Below the pieces are notes generated by a model. That model saw only the letters and a program-made list of their open reading frames with translations. It did not search any database and was not told the origin of the DNA. The translations under genes and the position numbers were made by a program. A DNA stretch of 64,000 nucleotides from contig OZ220696.1 in the NCBI GenBank assembly GCA_965116495.1, positions 2,944,001 to 3,008,000 on the forward strand, in the 5' to 3' direction. Of this stretch, positions 9,393 to 19,637 are shown one piece after another; the stretch's first letter is position 1; each line of letters starts with the position of its first letter. The stretch comes from Gammaproteobacteria bacterium (GTDB lineage Bacteria > Pseudomonadota > Gammaproteobacteria > Eutrophobiales > Eutrophobiaceae).

Positions 9393-10208
9393 TCAACGCT
9401 GGCACTGCGCGCAATAATACGTCGAACGCTGGCCCTGGCGGATCTGTCTGATACTCGACCGGCAGGTTTTGCAGGGTTCCCCGGCGCGATCATAAACGTC
9501 AAGTTCCAGCTTGAAGTAGCCGGGCGCGCCGTCGCCGCCGACAAAATCCCGTAACGTGGTCCCCCCTTTTGCCAGCGCCGCGTTGAGTACGCTCCTGACG
9601 GAACCGGTCAGTTCAACGTAGCGCGCCAGGGAAATATTTCCCGCCTTGCGCAACGGATGGATGCCGCTTTTGAACAAGGCTTCATTGGCATAGATATTAC
9701 CCACGCCGACCACGCTGCGGCTGTCCATGATGAAGGTCTTGATGGCTTGCGCCCTGTGCCTGGAAAGCTGGTACAAATACGCGCCGGTGAATGCCGGCCC
9801 CAGAGGTTCCGGCCCCAGGTGGCGCAACAGGTGGTGTTGCAGCGGGTCCCGGCCGGTCCAGTGGATGGAACCGAAACGCCGTGGGTCGCGAAAACGCAGG
9901 CAGGTATTGTCGCTGAATAATACGTCAACGTGGTCATGCTTGTCTGCCGGGATTGCCCGGTCCAGGATTCGGAGACTGCCGGACATACCCAGGTGCAGGA
10001 TGACGCAACCGTGTTCCAGGTAAAAAATCAGGTATTTCGCGCGCCGCCCTACCTGTGTAATGCACCGCCCGATCAGTTCGCTTCCCAAAGACACCGGAAC
10101 CGGCCAGCGTAACTGATGTTGCCTAATCACAACATCCCGAACCGTTTTGTTGACGATATGCGGGGAGATTCCGCGCCGCGTCGTCTCAACTTCAGGCAAT
10201 TCCGGCAT
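9393..10208 (-). CDS. mutM: Formamidopyrimidine-DNA glycosylase
   Basis: MPELPEVE, HLGMSG, DPRRFG, GVGNIYANE, C-terminal zinc finger. Confidence 0.98.
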   Translation of the reverse strand: MPELPEVETTRRGISPHIVNKTVRDVVIRQHQLRWPVPVSLGSELIGRCITQVGRRAKYLIFYLEHGCVILHLGMSGSLRILDRAIPADKHDHVDVLFSDNTCLRFRDPRRFGSIHWTGRDPLQHHLLRHLGPEPLGPAFTGAYLYQLSRHRAQAIKTFIMDSRSVVGVGNIYANEALFKSGIHPLRKAGNISLARYVELTGSVRSVLNAALAKGGTTLRDFVGGDGAPGYFKLELDVYDRAGEPCKTCRSSIRQIRQGQRSTYYCAQCQR

Positions 10209-10379
10209 TAGTTATATAATTTTTTCATAAGTTAAGCTGTCAAAATCATGTCCCGAGACCTACACAGACCTACACACACACCTAGCAAACCACTGGATAA
10301 TCTGGTATAATGGCTGGGCTATTATGCTCTCCTGAGCGTAAGATTTTCGAGGAATGACACTCAATTATGGGAGAATAAA

Positions 10380-13097
10380 ATGAGAATTTCACAGAAATTG
10401 GGTTGTATTTTTCTGACAGTCCTGTTCATATCACCAGTGACACTCCCGACCGTCCAGGCCCAGCAATCGGAGGCAGGGGTGATCGAGGAGATCGTCATCA
10501 TCGGCAGCAGGCGCCAGGATGGGCGCTCCCAGGTCGATTCATTAGTGCCGGTGGACGTGTTCGGCGGTGATGACCTGTCTAATATGGGCTCCACCGATAT
10601 GGATGCCATGCTGTCCAACCTGGTCCCGTCCTACAAGGTTGACACACAGGCCATCAACGACGCCGCCACCCTGGTGCGCCCGGCCACCCTGCGGGGGTTG
10701 CCGCCCGATTCCACCTTGGTGCTGGTGAACGGCAAACGCCGCCATAGAGCGGCGGTGATCACCTTCCTGGGCAACGGCGTGGCCGACGGCTCCCAGGGGC
10801 CCGACGTGTCCGTTATCCCTTCCATAGCGATCAAGCGGGTGGAAGTGCTGCGTGACGGCGCCGCCGCCCAGTACGGTTCCGACGCCATCGCCGGGGTGAT
10901 CAACTTTGAACTGAAGGATGACGCCGAAGGCGGTACTGTGGAAGCCCGCTGGGGACAGCACTACGAGGGTGACGGTGACGGTTACAACTTTGCCGGCAAT
11001 ATCGGTCTGCCGCTTACCAGCAGCGGCTTTCTCAACCTCAGCATGGAATACAAGGAGGCCGACCCCACCAGCCGCGCGGTGCAGCGATCGGATGCCCAGG
11101 CCCTTATAGACGCCGGGAACCCGTATATCGAGGACCCCAGCTATGACAGTATTTTCCATCCGACCGCGATGGTCTGGGGCGCGCCTGAATTCGAATACGA
11201 CTACAAGTTCTTCGGCAATGTCGGCATGGACCTCAGCGATAGCTTCGAGGCCTACGGCTACGGCAACTACGCCAAGCGCAAGGTTGAGGGCGGTTTCTAC
11301 TTCCGTAACCCGCACACCCGCGGCGGTGTCTTTGATGGCCCTGTTGTCGCATATGACAGCGCGACGGGCGATGTCGGTGAAGTGTTGGGCCAACAGGACG
11401 GAGAATCAGATGACGATTACGAGAAAAGAATTGAAGCAAGACTTAAAGCAGGGACTGCCATTGATACTGTCAAGGTAGCGGACATAAACGGTAGCGATGT
11501 GGGCGATAGTTGCCCGGCCATTCGCATTATAGATAACGCAGCCAGCACCGAGGATATCGCCGCGGTCGAGGCAGACCCCAACTGCGAATCTTTCATCACC
11601 CGCTTCCCCGGCGGTTTTGTGCCGCGCTTTGGCGGAGTGATGGAAGACTACAGTTTTGCTTTCGGGGTGCGCGGCGAGCTGGGTAATAACTGGCATGTGG
11701 ACGTGAGCGGGGTGTACGGCCGCCATGAGGCCGCGTTTTTCATGCGCCATACGCTGAACACGCATTTGTTGGCCAGGCCGGATATCACGGTGGCCAATAT
11801 CCCCACCGACTACCGCCCGGGTACCTACACGGAGACGGATTACACCATCAACCTGGACGTGTCCAAGCTCGTGGACATACCACTGTTCGCCTCGCCGGTG
11901 AACGTTGCCTTCGGTTTCGAGCACCGCCAGGAGGAGTTCAAGATTACTCAAGGCGGGGAAACTTCCTGGTTTGTGGATCAGAGGCCTGGAGGCCTGGGCG
12001 ATCAGGGATTTGGTCCAGGCTCAAACGGGTTTGTCGGCTTCAGCCCGCAGTATTCTGGCGCCTGGTCGCGCAACAGCTATGCCGGCTATATCGACGTGGA
12101 GGCCGAGGTTACCGACCGCCTCGTAGTGGGCGCCGCGGGACGCTATGAAGATCATAAAAACGTCGGTGATACCTGGGATTTCAAGATCAGCGCACGCGCC
12201 CAGGTTACAGACGCTCTTGCCCTGCGCGGCGCAGTCAGCACAGGTTTCCGGGCGCCGACCGTGGGGCAGACCAATGTTCTGAACGTGACGACGGCGTTTA
12301 CTGATGGCAAATTGGCAGATGAGGGCACATTTCCACCCACTCACCCAGCTTCAGAAGCGCTGGGCGCCGAGCAGTTGACGCCGGAGGAATCCACCAACTT
12401 TACCCTTGGTATGGTGTTCAATGTGGGTGATTTGGACGTGACCATAGACTACTTCAACATAGATGTGAACGATCGCATCGCCCGCAGCAGCATAATACGG
12501 CTGTCGGAAGCGCAGATACAATCGTTGGCAGCTCAGGGTTTTGACGCCAGGAGCTTAGCGGGTGTGCGTTTCTTTACCAATGATTTCGATACCACCACCC
12601 AGGGCATCGACATCGTTGCCACCCTGCCGTTTGAGATGGCCGGCGGAAATTCCAACCTCAGCTTTGCCGGGAATTGGACAGACACAGAAGTCGACAAAAG
12701 GAATAAGGGTGATTTGGAAGTCATCAGCGAAAAGCGGGTTATCCAGCTAGAGGAGAATAATCCGGAATTCCGCTTCACCACCACGCTGAACCACACCCAG
12801 GGGCCCTGGAACCTGCTGCTGCGGGGACGCTTCTATGACGGCTTCGTGGAATTTTCTACAGATGACGGAAGCGCCCGCCTGGATGCCGGCTCACGCTGGT
12901 TGATGGATGCTGAAATCGGGTATTCGCTGAACGACAACATCACGCTGGTGGCCGGCGCCGAGAATTTCGCCGACACCACCCCCACCAACCAGAGGAATAA
13001 CGCGTCGCCCTACGTGTCCGGTATGAAATACGCCGAAACCTCGCCTTACGGCTTTAACGGCGGGTTTTACTACTTCAGGGCGATCTGGGACTTCTAG
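10380..13097 (+). CDS. TonB-dependent outer-membrane receptor
   Basis: Signal peptide, TonB box EEIVIIGSR, plug motif LVLVNGKR...RVEVLRDGAAAQYGSDAIAGVIN, terminal Phe. Confidence 0.93.
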   Translation: MRISQKLGCIFLTVLFISPVTLPTVQAQQSEAGVIEEIVIIGSRRQDGRSQVDSLVPVDVFGGDDLSNMGSTDMDAMLSNLVPSYKVDTQAINDAATLVRPATLRGLPPDSTLVLVNGKRRHRAAVITFLGNGVADGSQGPDVSVIPSIAIKRVEVLRDGAAAQYGSDAIAGVINFELKDDAEGGTVEARWGQHYEGDGDGYNFAGNIGLPLTSSGFLNLSMEYKEADPTSRAVQRSDAQALIDAGNPYIEDPSYDSIFHPTAMVWGAPEFEYDYKFFGNVGMDLSDSFEAYGYGNYAKRKVEGGFYFRNPHTRGGVFDGPVVAYDSATGDVGEVLGQQDGESDDDYEKRIEARLKAGTAIDTVKVADINGSDVGDSCPAIRIIDNAASTEDIAAVEADPNCESFITRFPGGFVPRFGGVMEDYSFAFGVRGELGNNWHVDVSGVYGRHEAAFFMRHTLNTHLLARPDITVANIPTDYRPGTYTETDYTINLDVSKLVDIPLFASPVNVAFGFEHRQEEFKITQGGETSWFVDQRPGGLGDQGFGPGSNGFVGFSPQYSGAWSRNSYAGYIDVEAEVTDRLVVGAAGRYEDHKNVGDTWDFKISARAQVTDALALRGAVSTGFRAPTVGQTNVLNVTTAFTDGKLADEGTFPPTHPASEALGAEQLTPEESTNFTLGMVFNVGDLDVTIDYFNIDVNDRIARSSIIRLSEAQIQSLAAQGFDARSLAGVRFFTNDFDTTTQGIDIVATLPFEMAGGNSNLSFAGNWTDTEVDKRNKGDLEVISEKRVIQLEENNPEFRFTTTLNHTQGPWNLLLRGRFYDGFVEFSTDDGSARLDAGSRWLMDAEIGYSLNDNITLVAGAENFADTTPTNQRNNASPYVSGMKYAETSPYGFNGGFYYFRAIWDF

Positions 13098-13127
13098 CGG
13101 TTCGGATTATCATACTGCTGAAACAAT

Positions 13128-13151
13128 GGGGACGGATTTAAATCTGTCCCC
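13128..13151. repeat. 24-bp palindrome GGGGACGGATTTAAATCTGTCCCC
   Basis: Near-perfect palindrome between convergent genes; second copy at 14477-14500. Confidence 0.8.
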
Positions 13152-13161
13152 TTGCTGTTGA

Positions 13162-13935
13162 CTACTTGCCGGGCCGGGTGAACACCGGCCTGTCATCCCC
13201 TGACAGGTCTGCGTTATAGCGGTAGCCTTCCAGGTCGAAACCTTCCAGCTCCTCCGGGTCCTCCACGCGGTTGCGGATAATATAGCGGCTCATCAGGCCG
13301 CGCGCCTTTTTGGCTGTAAACGAGATAAATTTATAATCTCCGTTACGTTCTTCCTTGAACACCGGGGTGATGATGCGCGCATCAAGCTGTTCCGGCTGCA
13401 TGGATTTAAAGTATTCGTTGGACGCCAGGTTGACCAGCACGGGGTTGTCCTGTCCGGCCAGTTCCCTGTTGATGGCCGCATTGATCCGGCCGTCCCAGAA
13501 GGCATACAGGTCATCTCCGCGGCGGTTTTTCAGTTTCGTGCCCATTTCCAGCCGGTAGGGTTGCATGAGGTCGAGCGGTTTCAATACACCGTACAGGCCC
13601 GACAGGATACGCAGGTGTTCCTGGGCATATTGCAACTCTTCCGCGTTCAGGTTGTCCGCATCCAGCCCGGTATACACGTCACCCTTGAACGCCAGGACGG
13701 ACTGCTTGGCGTTGCCTGCGCTGAACGGCAAAGACCAGGCGTGGTAACGATTCGAATTCAGTTCAGCCAGCTTCGGGCTGATGCCCATCAATTCGCCCAG
13801 CCTGTGGGGTTCGAATTCCCGCAGTTCGTCGATCAGCTCCGCCGAATCATCCAGGAAGTCCGGGATGGTGAATGCCGGAACCTTGGGCGGGGTCTCAAAA
13901 TCCAGCGTTTTGGCTGGGGAAATGACAATCAGCAT
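13162..13935 (-). CDS. yaaA: Peroxide stress protein YaaA (UPF0246)
   Basis: ISPAKTLDF, LSGLYGVLKPLD..YRLEMG, NLASNEY, AKKARG. Confidence 0.95.
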   Translation of the reverse strand: MLIVISPAKTLDFETPPKVPAFTIPDFLDDSAELIDELREFEPHRLGELMGISPKLAELNSNRYHAWSLPFSAGNAKQSVLAFKGDVYTGLDADNLNAEELQYAQEHLRILSGLYGVLKPLDLMQPYRLEMGTKLKNRRGDDLYAFWDGRINAAINRELAGQDNPVLVNLASNEYFKSMQPEQLDARIITPVFKEERNGDYKFISFTAKKARGLMSRYIIRNRVEDPEELEGFDLEGYRYNADLSGDDRPVFTRPGK

Positions 13936-13957
13936 GATGCCGGGACGGGTAGCAGAA

Positions 13958-14125
13958 TTATTTGATCTTGCCTTCTTTGTAGATCACGTGTTTGCGTACC
14001 ACGGGGTCGTATTTCATAATTTCCATTTTGTCCGGGGTATTGCGTTTGTTTTTTGTGGTGGTATAAAAATGTCCGGTGCCGGCGGATGAAACCAGACGAA
14101 TTTTATCGCGTGCACTATTAGCCAT
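13958..14125 (-). CDS. rpmG: 50S ribosomal protein L33 (not in ORF track)
   Basis: Manual translation [55 protein letters not shown]; follows rpmB. Confidence 0.97.
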   Translation of the reverse strand: MANSARDKIRLVSSAGTGHFYTTTKNKRNTPDKMEIMKYDPVVRKHVIYKEGKIK

Positions 14126-14134
14126 GGTGTTCTC

Positions 14135-14371
14135 CTATACTTTGATGCCGCGGGCGCGTACGTCGGCCAGCACCTGGTCGATACCCAGTTTGTCAATGGT
14201 GCGCAGTCCATTGCTGCTGACGCGCAGCTTTACCCAGCGGTTTTCGCTTTCCACCCAGAACCTGCGCTCGTGCAGGTTGGGCAGGAAGCGCCGCTTGGAT
14301 TTATTATTGGCATGGGAAACGTTGTTTCCAGACATGGGTTTTTTTCCGGTTACCTGACAGACCCGTGACAT
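14135..14371 (-). CDS. rpmB: 50S ribosomal protein L28
   Basis: [29 protein letters not shown]. Confidence 0.98.
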   Translation of the reverse strand: MSRVCQVTGKKPMSGNNVSHANNKSKRRFLPNLHERRFWVESENRWVKLRVSSNGLRTIDKLGIDQVLADVRARGIKV

Positions 14372-14476
14372 GGTAATGCTCTCTTAACTGTACAAAGGGA
14401 GGCAGATTATACACTGATCCGGTATTTGTTGACAACACACACCTCACCTCCTTGTCCTGGTTCCCTCCAGGGGAAA

Positions 14477-14500
14477 GGGGACGGATTTAAATCCGTCCCC
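14477..14500. repeat. Perfect 24-bp palindrome GGGGACGGATTTAAATCCGTCCCC
   Basis: One base different from 13128-13151; lies between radC and rpmB. Confidence 0.8.
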
Positions 14501-14558
14501 GGTCATGCTGCTGCTCCCATAGTATTACAGCAACACCCGATAACCGGGTATTTATTGA

Positions 14559-15233
14559 TTACATCAAACCCCGTTCGGCCATGGACGTCACTACCTTGTC
14601 GCCCACCACCAGGTGGTCCAGCACGCGCACGTCCAGCAGGGCCAGGGCCTGGGACAGCTTCAGGGTGATCTGCCGGTCGGCCTGGCTGGGTTCGGCGATG
14701 CCCGAAGGGTGGTTGTGGGCAAAGATGATGGCCGCGGCATTCAGTTCCAGGCAGCGTTTGACCACCTCGCGCGGGTAGACGCTGGCGCCGTCAATGGTGC
14801 CGGTAAACAGGATTTCGCTGTTGATGATGCGGTGCCGGTTGTCCAGGAACAGACAGGCGAACACCTCGTGCGGGAAGCGGCATAACCAGGCCTTGACGTA
14901 CGTCTTGGTCTTGTCCGGGTTGCTTAATACGGGTTTTGAGCGTACCTCTGCCTCCAGGTAACGGCGGCCCAGTTCCAGGGCGGCCTGTAACAGCACCCAC
15001 TTGGCTTCACCCAGCCCCTTGGTCCTGAGCAGGGTCTTACGGCTCTGTTCCAGCAACGGCCGCAGCCCCTGGGCCTTGACCAGCATGTTCCTGGCCATGT
15101 CCACGGCGCTGTGGCCGCTGTAACCCGAGCCCAGGAAGATGGCTACCAGTTCCGCATCGGACAGGCTGTGCGGGCCGTTGTTCAGCAGCTTGAAACGGGG
15201 TTGCTCGGTTTGCGGCCAGTGGCGAATTGCCAT
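14559..15233 (-). CDS. radC: RadC/JAB-domain protein (UPF0758)
   Basis: LSDAEL, YPREVVK, HNHPSG, DHLVVG; radC-rpmB-rpmG synteny. Confidence 0.95.
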   Translation of the reverse strand: MAIRHWPQTEQPRFKLLNNGPHSLSDAELVAIFLGSGYSGHSAVDMARNMLVKAQGLRPLLEQSRKTLLRTKGLGEAKWVLLQAALELGRRYLEAEVRSKPVLSNPDKTKTYVKAWLCRFPHEVFACLFLDNRHRIINSEILFTGTIDGASVYPREVVKRCLELNAAAIIFAHNHPSGIAEPSQADRQITLKLSQALALLDVRVLDHLVVGDKVVTSMAERGLM

Positions 15234-15443
15234 GGTGAACCTCCTTGTTCGGCGTGTATGGGTAAGATGTCAGCCAAGCATACAGGAGAATAATTATAAC
15301 GACAACAGCAAAAGAACCCCGGGGAAATCCTGTCCCCGTTGAGGTTGCCGGGAAGGTAGATCGCCGGGCAGGAAATTCAGCCCGGCAGGCATGAACCCGC
15401 ATGCAAAAATGCGCTCATCCCCGATATGGGCTAAAATGATTTC

Positions 15444-16685
15444 ATGCAAGCGCTTGCCAACAAACATATCCTGCTCGGCATAAGCGGGGGTATCGCCGCG
15501 TACAAAAGTGCGGAGTTGACCCGGCGCCTGCGTGATCAGGGCGCTACGGTGCGGGTGGTTATGACCCCGGCGGCGACCGAATTCATTACGCCCCTGACCC
15601 TGCAGGCCCTGTCGGGCAATCCCGTCCACACTGATTTATTGGACCATGGGGCCGAAGCCGCCATGGGGCACATTGAACTGGCGCGCTGGGCCGACATGAT
15701 CGTCATCGCGCCGGCTAGCGCGAACTTTATTGCCCGCCTGGGTAACGGGCTGGCTGACGACCTGTTATCGACCGTGTGCCTGGCGACAACGGCGCCGCTG
15801 CTGGTTGCGCCGGCAATGAACCGGCAGATGTGGCAGAACCCCGCCACGCAAGAGAACATCACCCGTTTGCAGGACAGGGGAATTACCCTGCTTGGCCCTG
15901 CCAGCGGCGCCCAGGCTTGTGGGGAGACGGGTCCCGGCCGCCTGCTTGATCCGGATGAGCTCGTACCGGCCATTATCGCCGCGGGCAGGACAAATGCGCT
16001 TACCGGCGTCAGCGTGATGGTCAGCGCCGGGCCGACCCGCGAGTTTATCGATCCGGTCCGTTATCTCAGCAACCGCAGTTCGGGGAAAATGGGCTATGCC
16101 GTTGCCCGGGCCGCCGAAGAGGCCGGTGCCGCAGTCATCCTGGTCTCAGGCCCCGTTGTGTTGACACCGCCTGCGGGTGTCCGGGTGATCGAAGTGGTTT
16201 CGGCCGCCCAGATGCACGACTCAATCCTGGAAGAAGCAACGTCCTGTGACATTTTTATATCAGCCGCCGCCGTAGCGGATTATCGCAGTCGTGAGACGGC
16301 GCTGCAGAAAATGAAAAAACAGGACGCCGGAATACTGCTGCGCCTGGAGCAAACGCCGGATATCCTGTCCGAAGTAGCCGCGCTTGCCGGTGCGCCGTTT
16401 ACCGTTGGGTTTGCTGCGGAAACGGAACATCTCGCTGACAATGCAAAACAGAAACTGGCGAATAAAAACCTGGACATGATTGCGGCAAACCGGGTAGGCG
16501 ACGGACTTGGGTTTGACAGTGACGAAAATGCCCTGGATATTTACTGGCCGGGCGGCTCACGGTCGCTGGCGACGGCATCGAAGGAGAAATTGGCCAGGCA
16601 GTTGATGGAAATAATCGTTGTGTGTTACCGGGAAAAGTCCCAGGAACAACCACAAAAGCCCATCCTGAAAGACGTTTCGGGCTGA
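15444..16685 (+). CDS. coaBC: Phosphopantothenoylcysteine decarboxylase/ligase
   Basis: GGIAAYK, HIELARWAD, APAMN, GPTREFIDPVRYLSNRSSGKMG, GFAAET. Confidence 0.97.
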   Translation: MQALANKHILLGISGGIAAYKSAELTRRLRDQGATVRVVMTPAATEFITPLTLQALSGNPVHTDLLDHGAEAAMGHIELARWADMIVIAPASANFIARLGNGLADDLLSTVCLATTAPLLVAPAMNRQMWQNPATQENITRLQDRGITLLGPASGAQACGETGPGRLLDPDELVPAIIAAGRTNALTGVSVMVSAGPTREFIDPVRYLSNRSSGKMGYAVARAAEEAGAAVILVSGPVVLTPPAGVRVIEVVSAAQMHDSILEEATSCDIFISAAAVADYRSRETALQKMKKQDAGILLRLEQTPDILSEVAALAGAPFTVGFAAETEHLADNAKQKLANKNLDMIAANRVGDGLGFDSDENALDIYWPGGSRSLATASKEKLARQLMEIIVVCYREKSQEQPQKPILKDVSG

Positions 16686-16690
16686 TCTAC

Positions 16691-18085
16691 ATGACCCAAC
16701 CCGCTGTTCCCCCTTCCATTTTCCGCGCCTATGACATACGCGGCGTGGTGGGGCGGACGTTGACCGCGGACATCGCCCACCGTATCGGACTTGGCATCAG
16801 CGCGGAAGCCCGGGACAGGGGAGAACAGACGCTCATCATCGGACGTGACGGAAGGGACTCGAGCCCGGAACTGGCTGGCGCCCTGGTTGCGGGACTGCGC
16901 GAGAGTGGGCGGGATGTCGTGGATATCGGCCTGGTTCCTACGCCGCTGTTGTATTTTGCCACGCACTGGCTGCAGGCGCGCAGCGGAGTGATGGTGACGG
17001 GCAGCCATAATGGCCCGGAATATAACGGCGTGAAACTGATCATTGGCGGACAGACCCTGTTCGGGGACGCGCTGCAGGCGATCTACCGGCGTATTGTTGC
17101 GGAAGATTTTACCCGCGGCAAAGGCGGGCTGTCATCGGCAGATGTCCGGGCCGATTATATCGCGAGAGTAACCGGCGACATTTCACCTGTGGCGAACGGC
17201 GCGGGGTTGAAGGTCGTCATTGATTGCGGCAACGGGGTGGCAGGCGATGTCGCCCCGCAACTGTTTCGCGCTCTGGGCCATCATGTGGAGGAAATGTATT
17301 GCGACGTCGATGGGGCATTTCCCAACCATCATCCCGATCCCAGTCAGCCGGAAAACATGGAGGCGCTGGTCACCCGAGTAAAACAGCAGCGGGCCGATAT
17401 CGGGCTTGCCTTTGACGGTGACGGTGACCGGCTTGGCGTTGTCGACAGTGCCGGGCATATTATCTGGCCTGACCGTCAATTGATGGTGCTGGCGAAGGAC
17501 GTGCTGTCACGTAACCGGGGCGCCAGCATCATCTACGACGTAAAGTGTTCGCGCCACTTGAAAACCGTGGTCGAGTCCAACGGCGGTGTAGCGCTGATGT
17601 GGAAGACCGGTCACTCCCTGATCAAGAGCAAGATGGAGGAAATGCAGGCGCCGCTGGCCGGTGAATTGAGCGGCCACATCTTCTTCAAGGAGCGCTGGTA
17701 CGGTTTTGACGATGCGATTTATGCCGGCGCCCGACTGCTGGAAATAGTGATCCGTAGCGGGATGAGTTCGCAAGACCTGTTTGCTGAAATGCCGGAAGGC
17801 GTCTCCACGCCTGAATTGCGGGTGAAACTGCCGGAGGATTCGCACCAGGCCTACATGCAGAAACTCAAGGACAACGTAAGTTTTCCGGACGCACAGGTCA
17901 TCAATACAGATGGTGTCAGGGTTGAATTTCAGGATGGATGGGGCCTGGTGCGCGCGTCCAATACTTCGCCTGTGCTTACGCTGCGCTTCGAAGCGGACAA
18001 CCAGACAGCCCTGGAACGGGTACAGGAGCGGTTTCGTCACCTGTTACAGGTGACTGCAGATACGGCCCTGCAGTTGCCTTTTTGA
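16691..18085 (+). CDS. algC: Phosphomannomutase/phosphoglucomutase
   Basis: IFRAYDIRG, TGSHN, DGDGDR, GELSGH, RASNT; start placed at ATG 16691. Confidence 0.93.
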   Translation: MTQPAVPPSIFRAYDIRGVVGRTLTADIAHRIGLGISAEARDRGEQTLIIGRDGRDSSPELAGALVAGLRESGRDVVDIGLVPTPLLYFATHWLQARSGVMVTGSHNGPEYNGVKLIIGGQTLFGDALQAIYRRIVAEDFTRGKGGLSSADVRADYIARVTGDISPVANGAGLKVVIDCGNGVAGDVAPQLFRALGHHVEEMYCDVDGAFPNHHPDPSQPENMEALVTRVKQQRADIGLAFDGDGDRLGVVDSAGHIIWPDRQLMVLAKDVLSRNRGASIIYDVKCSRHLKTVVESNGGVALMWKTGHSLIKSKMEEMQAPLAGELSGHIFFKERWYGFDDAIYAGARLLEIVIRSGMSSQDLFAEMPEGVSTPELRVKLPEDSHQAYMQKLKDNVSFPDAQVINTDGVRVEFQDGWGLVRASNTSPVLTLRFEADNQTALERVQERFRHLLQVTADTALQLPF

Positions 18086-18092
18086 GGACCGA

Positions 18093-18758
18093 TCAGTTCT
18101 CGCGCTGGTGCCGGATTCCCTGATCCAGCCTGTAGTTGAGGATATCCTCGAGAGGCACTGAATAGGCCGGGTCGTCTCGGAGGTATTCGACCAGGTCATC
18201 CAGGGTGATGATGGGAACGACCGGAATACCGTAGTGATGCGCTATCTCGTCAATGGCAGATGCATCCGCGTCATCCCGGCCGCGTTCCTGCCGGTCCAGG
18301 GCGATCACCACGGCAGCAGCCCGGGCGCCGTGGCGTTGTATCAGGTCGACGGAAAAATGGACCGAAGTGCCGGCCGTGATAACGTCATCGATAATCAGGA
18401 CAGAACCGTGCAGGGGCGCCCCTGCAACCGTTCCGCCTTCGCCGTGGTCTTTTTCCTCCTTGCGGTTGAAACAGTAGGGCAATGAACGGCCGCGTTCGCT
18501 CGAATAGGCGATGGCAACCGATGTCACCAGCGGGATGCCTTTATAGGCCGGACCGAACAACATATCGAATTGCAAGCCCGCGTGTTCGATGGCCTGCATG
18601 TAGAACACCCCCAACAGCCTGATACTTGCGCCGTTATTGAATAATCCGCTGTTGAAAAAATACGGACTGCTGCGGCCCGATTTCAGGGTAAAACGGCCGA
18701 ATTGCAGCACCTTGTTACGGATTGCGAAGTCGATAAATGCGGCCTGGTATTCTCTCAC
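18093..18758 (-). CDS. pyrE: Orotate phosphoribosyltransferase
   Basis: FTLKSGRSSPYFFN, GPAYKGIP, RKEEKDHGEGG, DDVITAG; GTG start at 18758. Confidence 0.96.
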   Translation of the reverse strand: MREYQAAFIDFAIRNKVLQFGRFTLKSGRSSPYFFNSGLFNNGASIRLLGVFYMQAIEHAGLQFDMLFGPAYKGIPLVTSVAIAYSSERGRSLPYCFNRKEEKDHGEGGTVAGAPLHGSVLIIDDVITAGTSVHFSVDLIQRHGARAAAVVIALDRQERGRDDADASAIDEIAHHYGIPVVPIITLDDLVEYLRDDPAYSVPLEDILNYRLDQGIRHQREN

Positions 18759-18835
18759 AGGGTTATAGACAGTCTTCCTCGGAAGTTGCAAGATGCGATT
18801 GCTTTTTCAAATATTCCGGTCAGTATACCTCAGCC

Positions 18836-19603
18836 ATGAAGATAATCACATTAAACGCCAACGGGATCCGTTCAGCAGGCAGAAAAGGTTTTTTTGACTG
18901 GATGCTGAAGCAAAATGCAGACGTGGTTTGTTTGCAGGAAATAAAGGCACAAACCGATCAACTGGATGCCCACGTGCTGCAACCGGCCGGGTATTGCGGA
19001 TTTTTCAACAGCGCCGAAAAGAAAGGTTACAGCGGTGTCGCCCTGTATTCCCGCCGGGAACCGGACAAGGTCGCGGACCGGCTGGGCTGGGATATTGCCG
19101 ACCGGGAGGGGCGCTTCCTCCAGGCAGATTATCCCGGGGTCAGTGTCGTCTCTCTCTACCTGCCTTCCGGCACCTCCGGTGAGGAACGGCAGGCGGTCAA
19201 GTACGACTTCATGGCGCGTTTTGAGGCGGTGCTGACGGCGATGCAACGCAAGCGCCGGGAATTTATCATCTGTGGTGACTGGAATATCGCGCACAAGGAA
19301 ATTGATTTGAAAAACTGGCGCAGCAACCGGAAAAATTCCGGGTTTCTGCCGGAGGAGCGGGCCTGGATGGACAAGGTATTCGGTGCGTTTGGCATGGTCG
19401 ACGCATTTCGCGTGGTGAACCGGGAGGCAGAGCAATATACCTGGTGGTCAAACCGCGGCCAGTCCTGGGTGAAAAACGTGGGTTGGCGTATCGATTACCA
19501 GGTGGTGACGCCGGGGTTGGCGGACCGCATCAAGTCAGTATCTATTTACAAACAGCAACGTTTCTCGGACCATGCCCCGCTGACCGTCGAATACGACGTA
19601 TAA
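18836..19603 (+). CDS. Exodeoxyribonuclease III / AP endonuclease (ExoA-like)
   Basis: NANGIRS, LQEIK, GDWNIAH, YTWWS, GWRIDY, SDHAP with catalytic residues intact. Confidence 0.92.
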   Translation: MKIITLNANGIRSAGRKGFFDWMLKQNADVVCLQEIKAQTDQLDAHVLQPAGYCGFFNSAEKKGYSGVALYSRREPDKVADRLGWDIADREGRFLQADYPGVSVVSLYLPSGTSGEERQAVKYDFMARFEAVLTAMQRKRREFIICGDWNIAHKEIDLKNWRSNRKNSGFLPEERAWMDKVFGAFGMVDAFRVVNREAEQYTWWSNRGQSWVKNVGWRIDYQVVTPGLADRIKSVSIYKQQRFSDHAPLTVEYDV

Positions 19604-19637
19604 AAGCCTGTCTGCGGCGCCGGTCGTAACCGGCAGG

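Noticed and set aside
10256-10285. Short tandem repeat AGACCTACAC x2 plus a degenerate unit upstream of the TonB receptor
   Set aside because: Too few units to support a contingency locus
18836-19603. Catabolite repression protein Crc (same position next to pyrE in Pseudomonas)
   Set aside because: The catalytic GDWN, RIDY and SDH motifs are intact, which fits an active AP endonuclease rather than Crc
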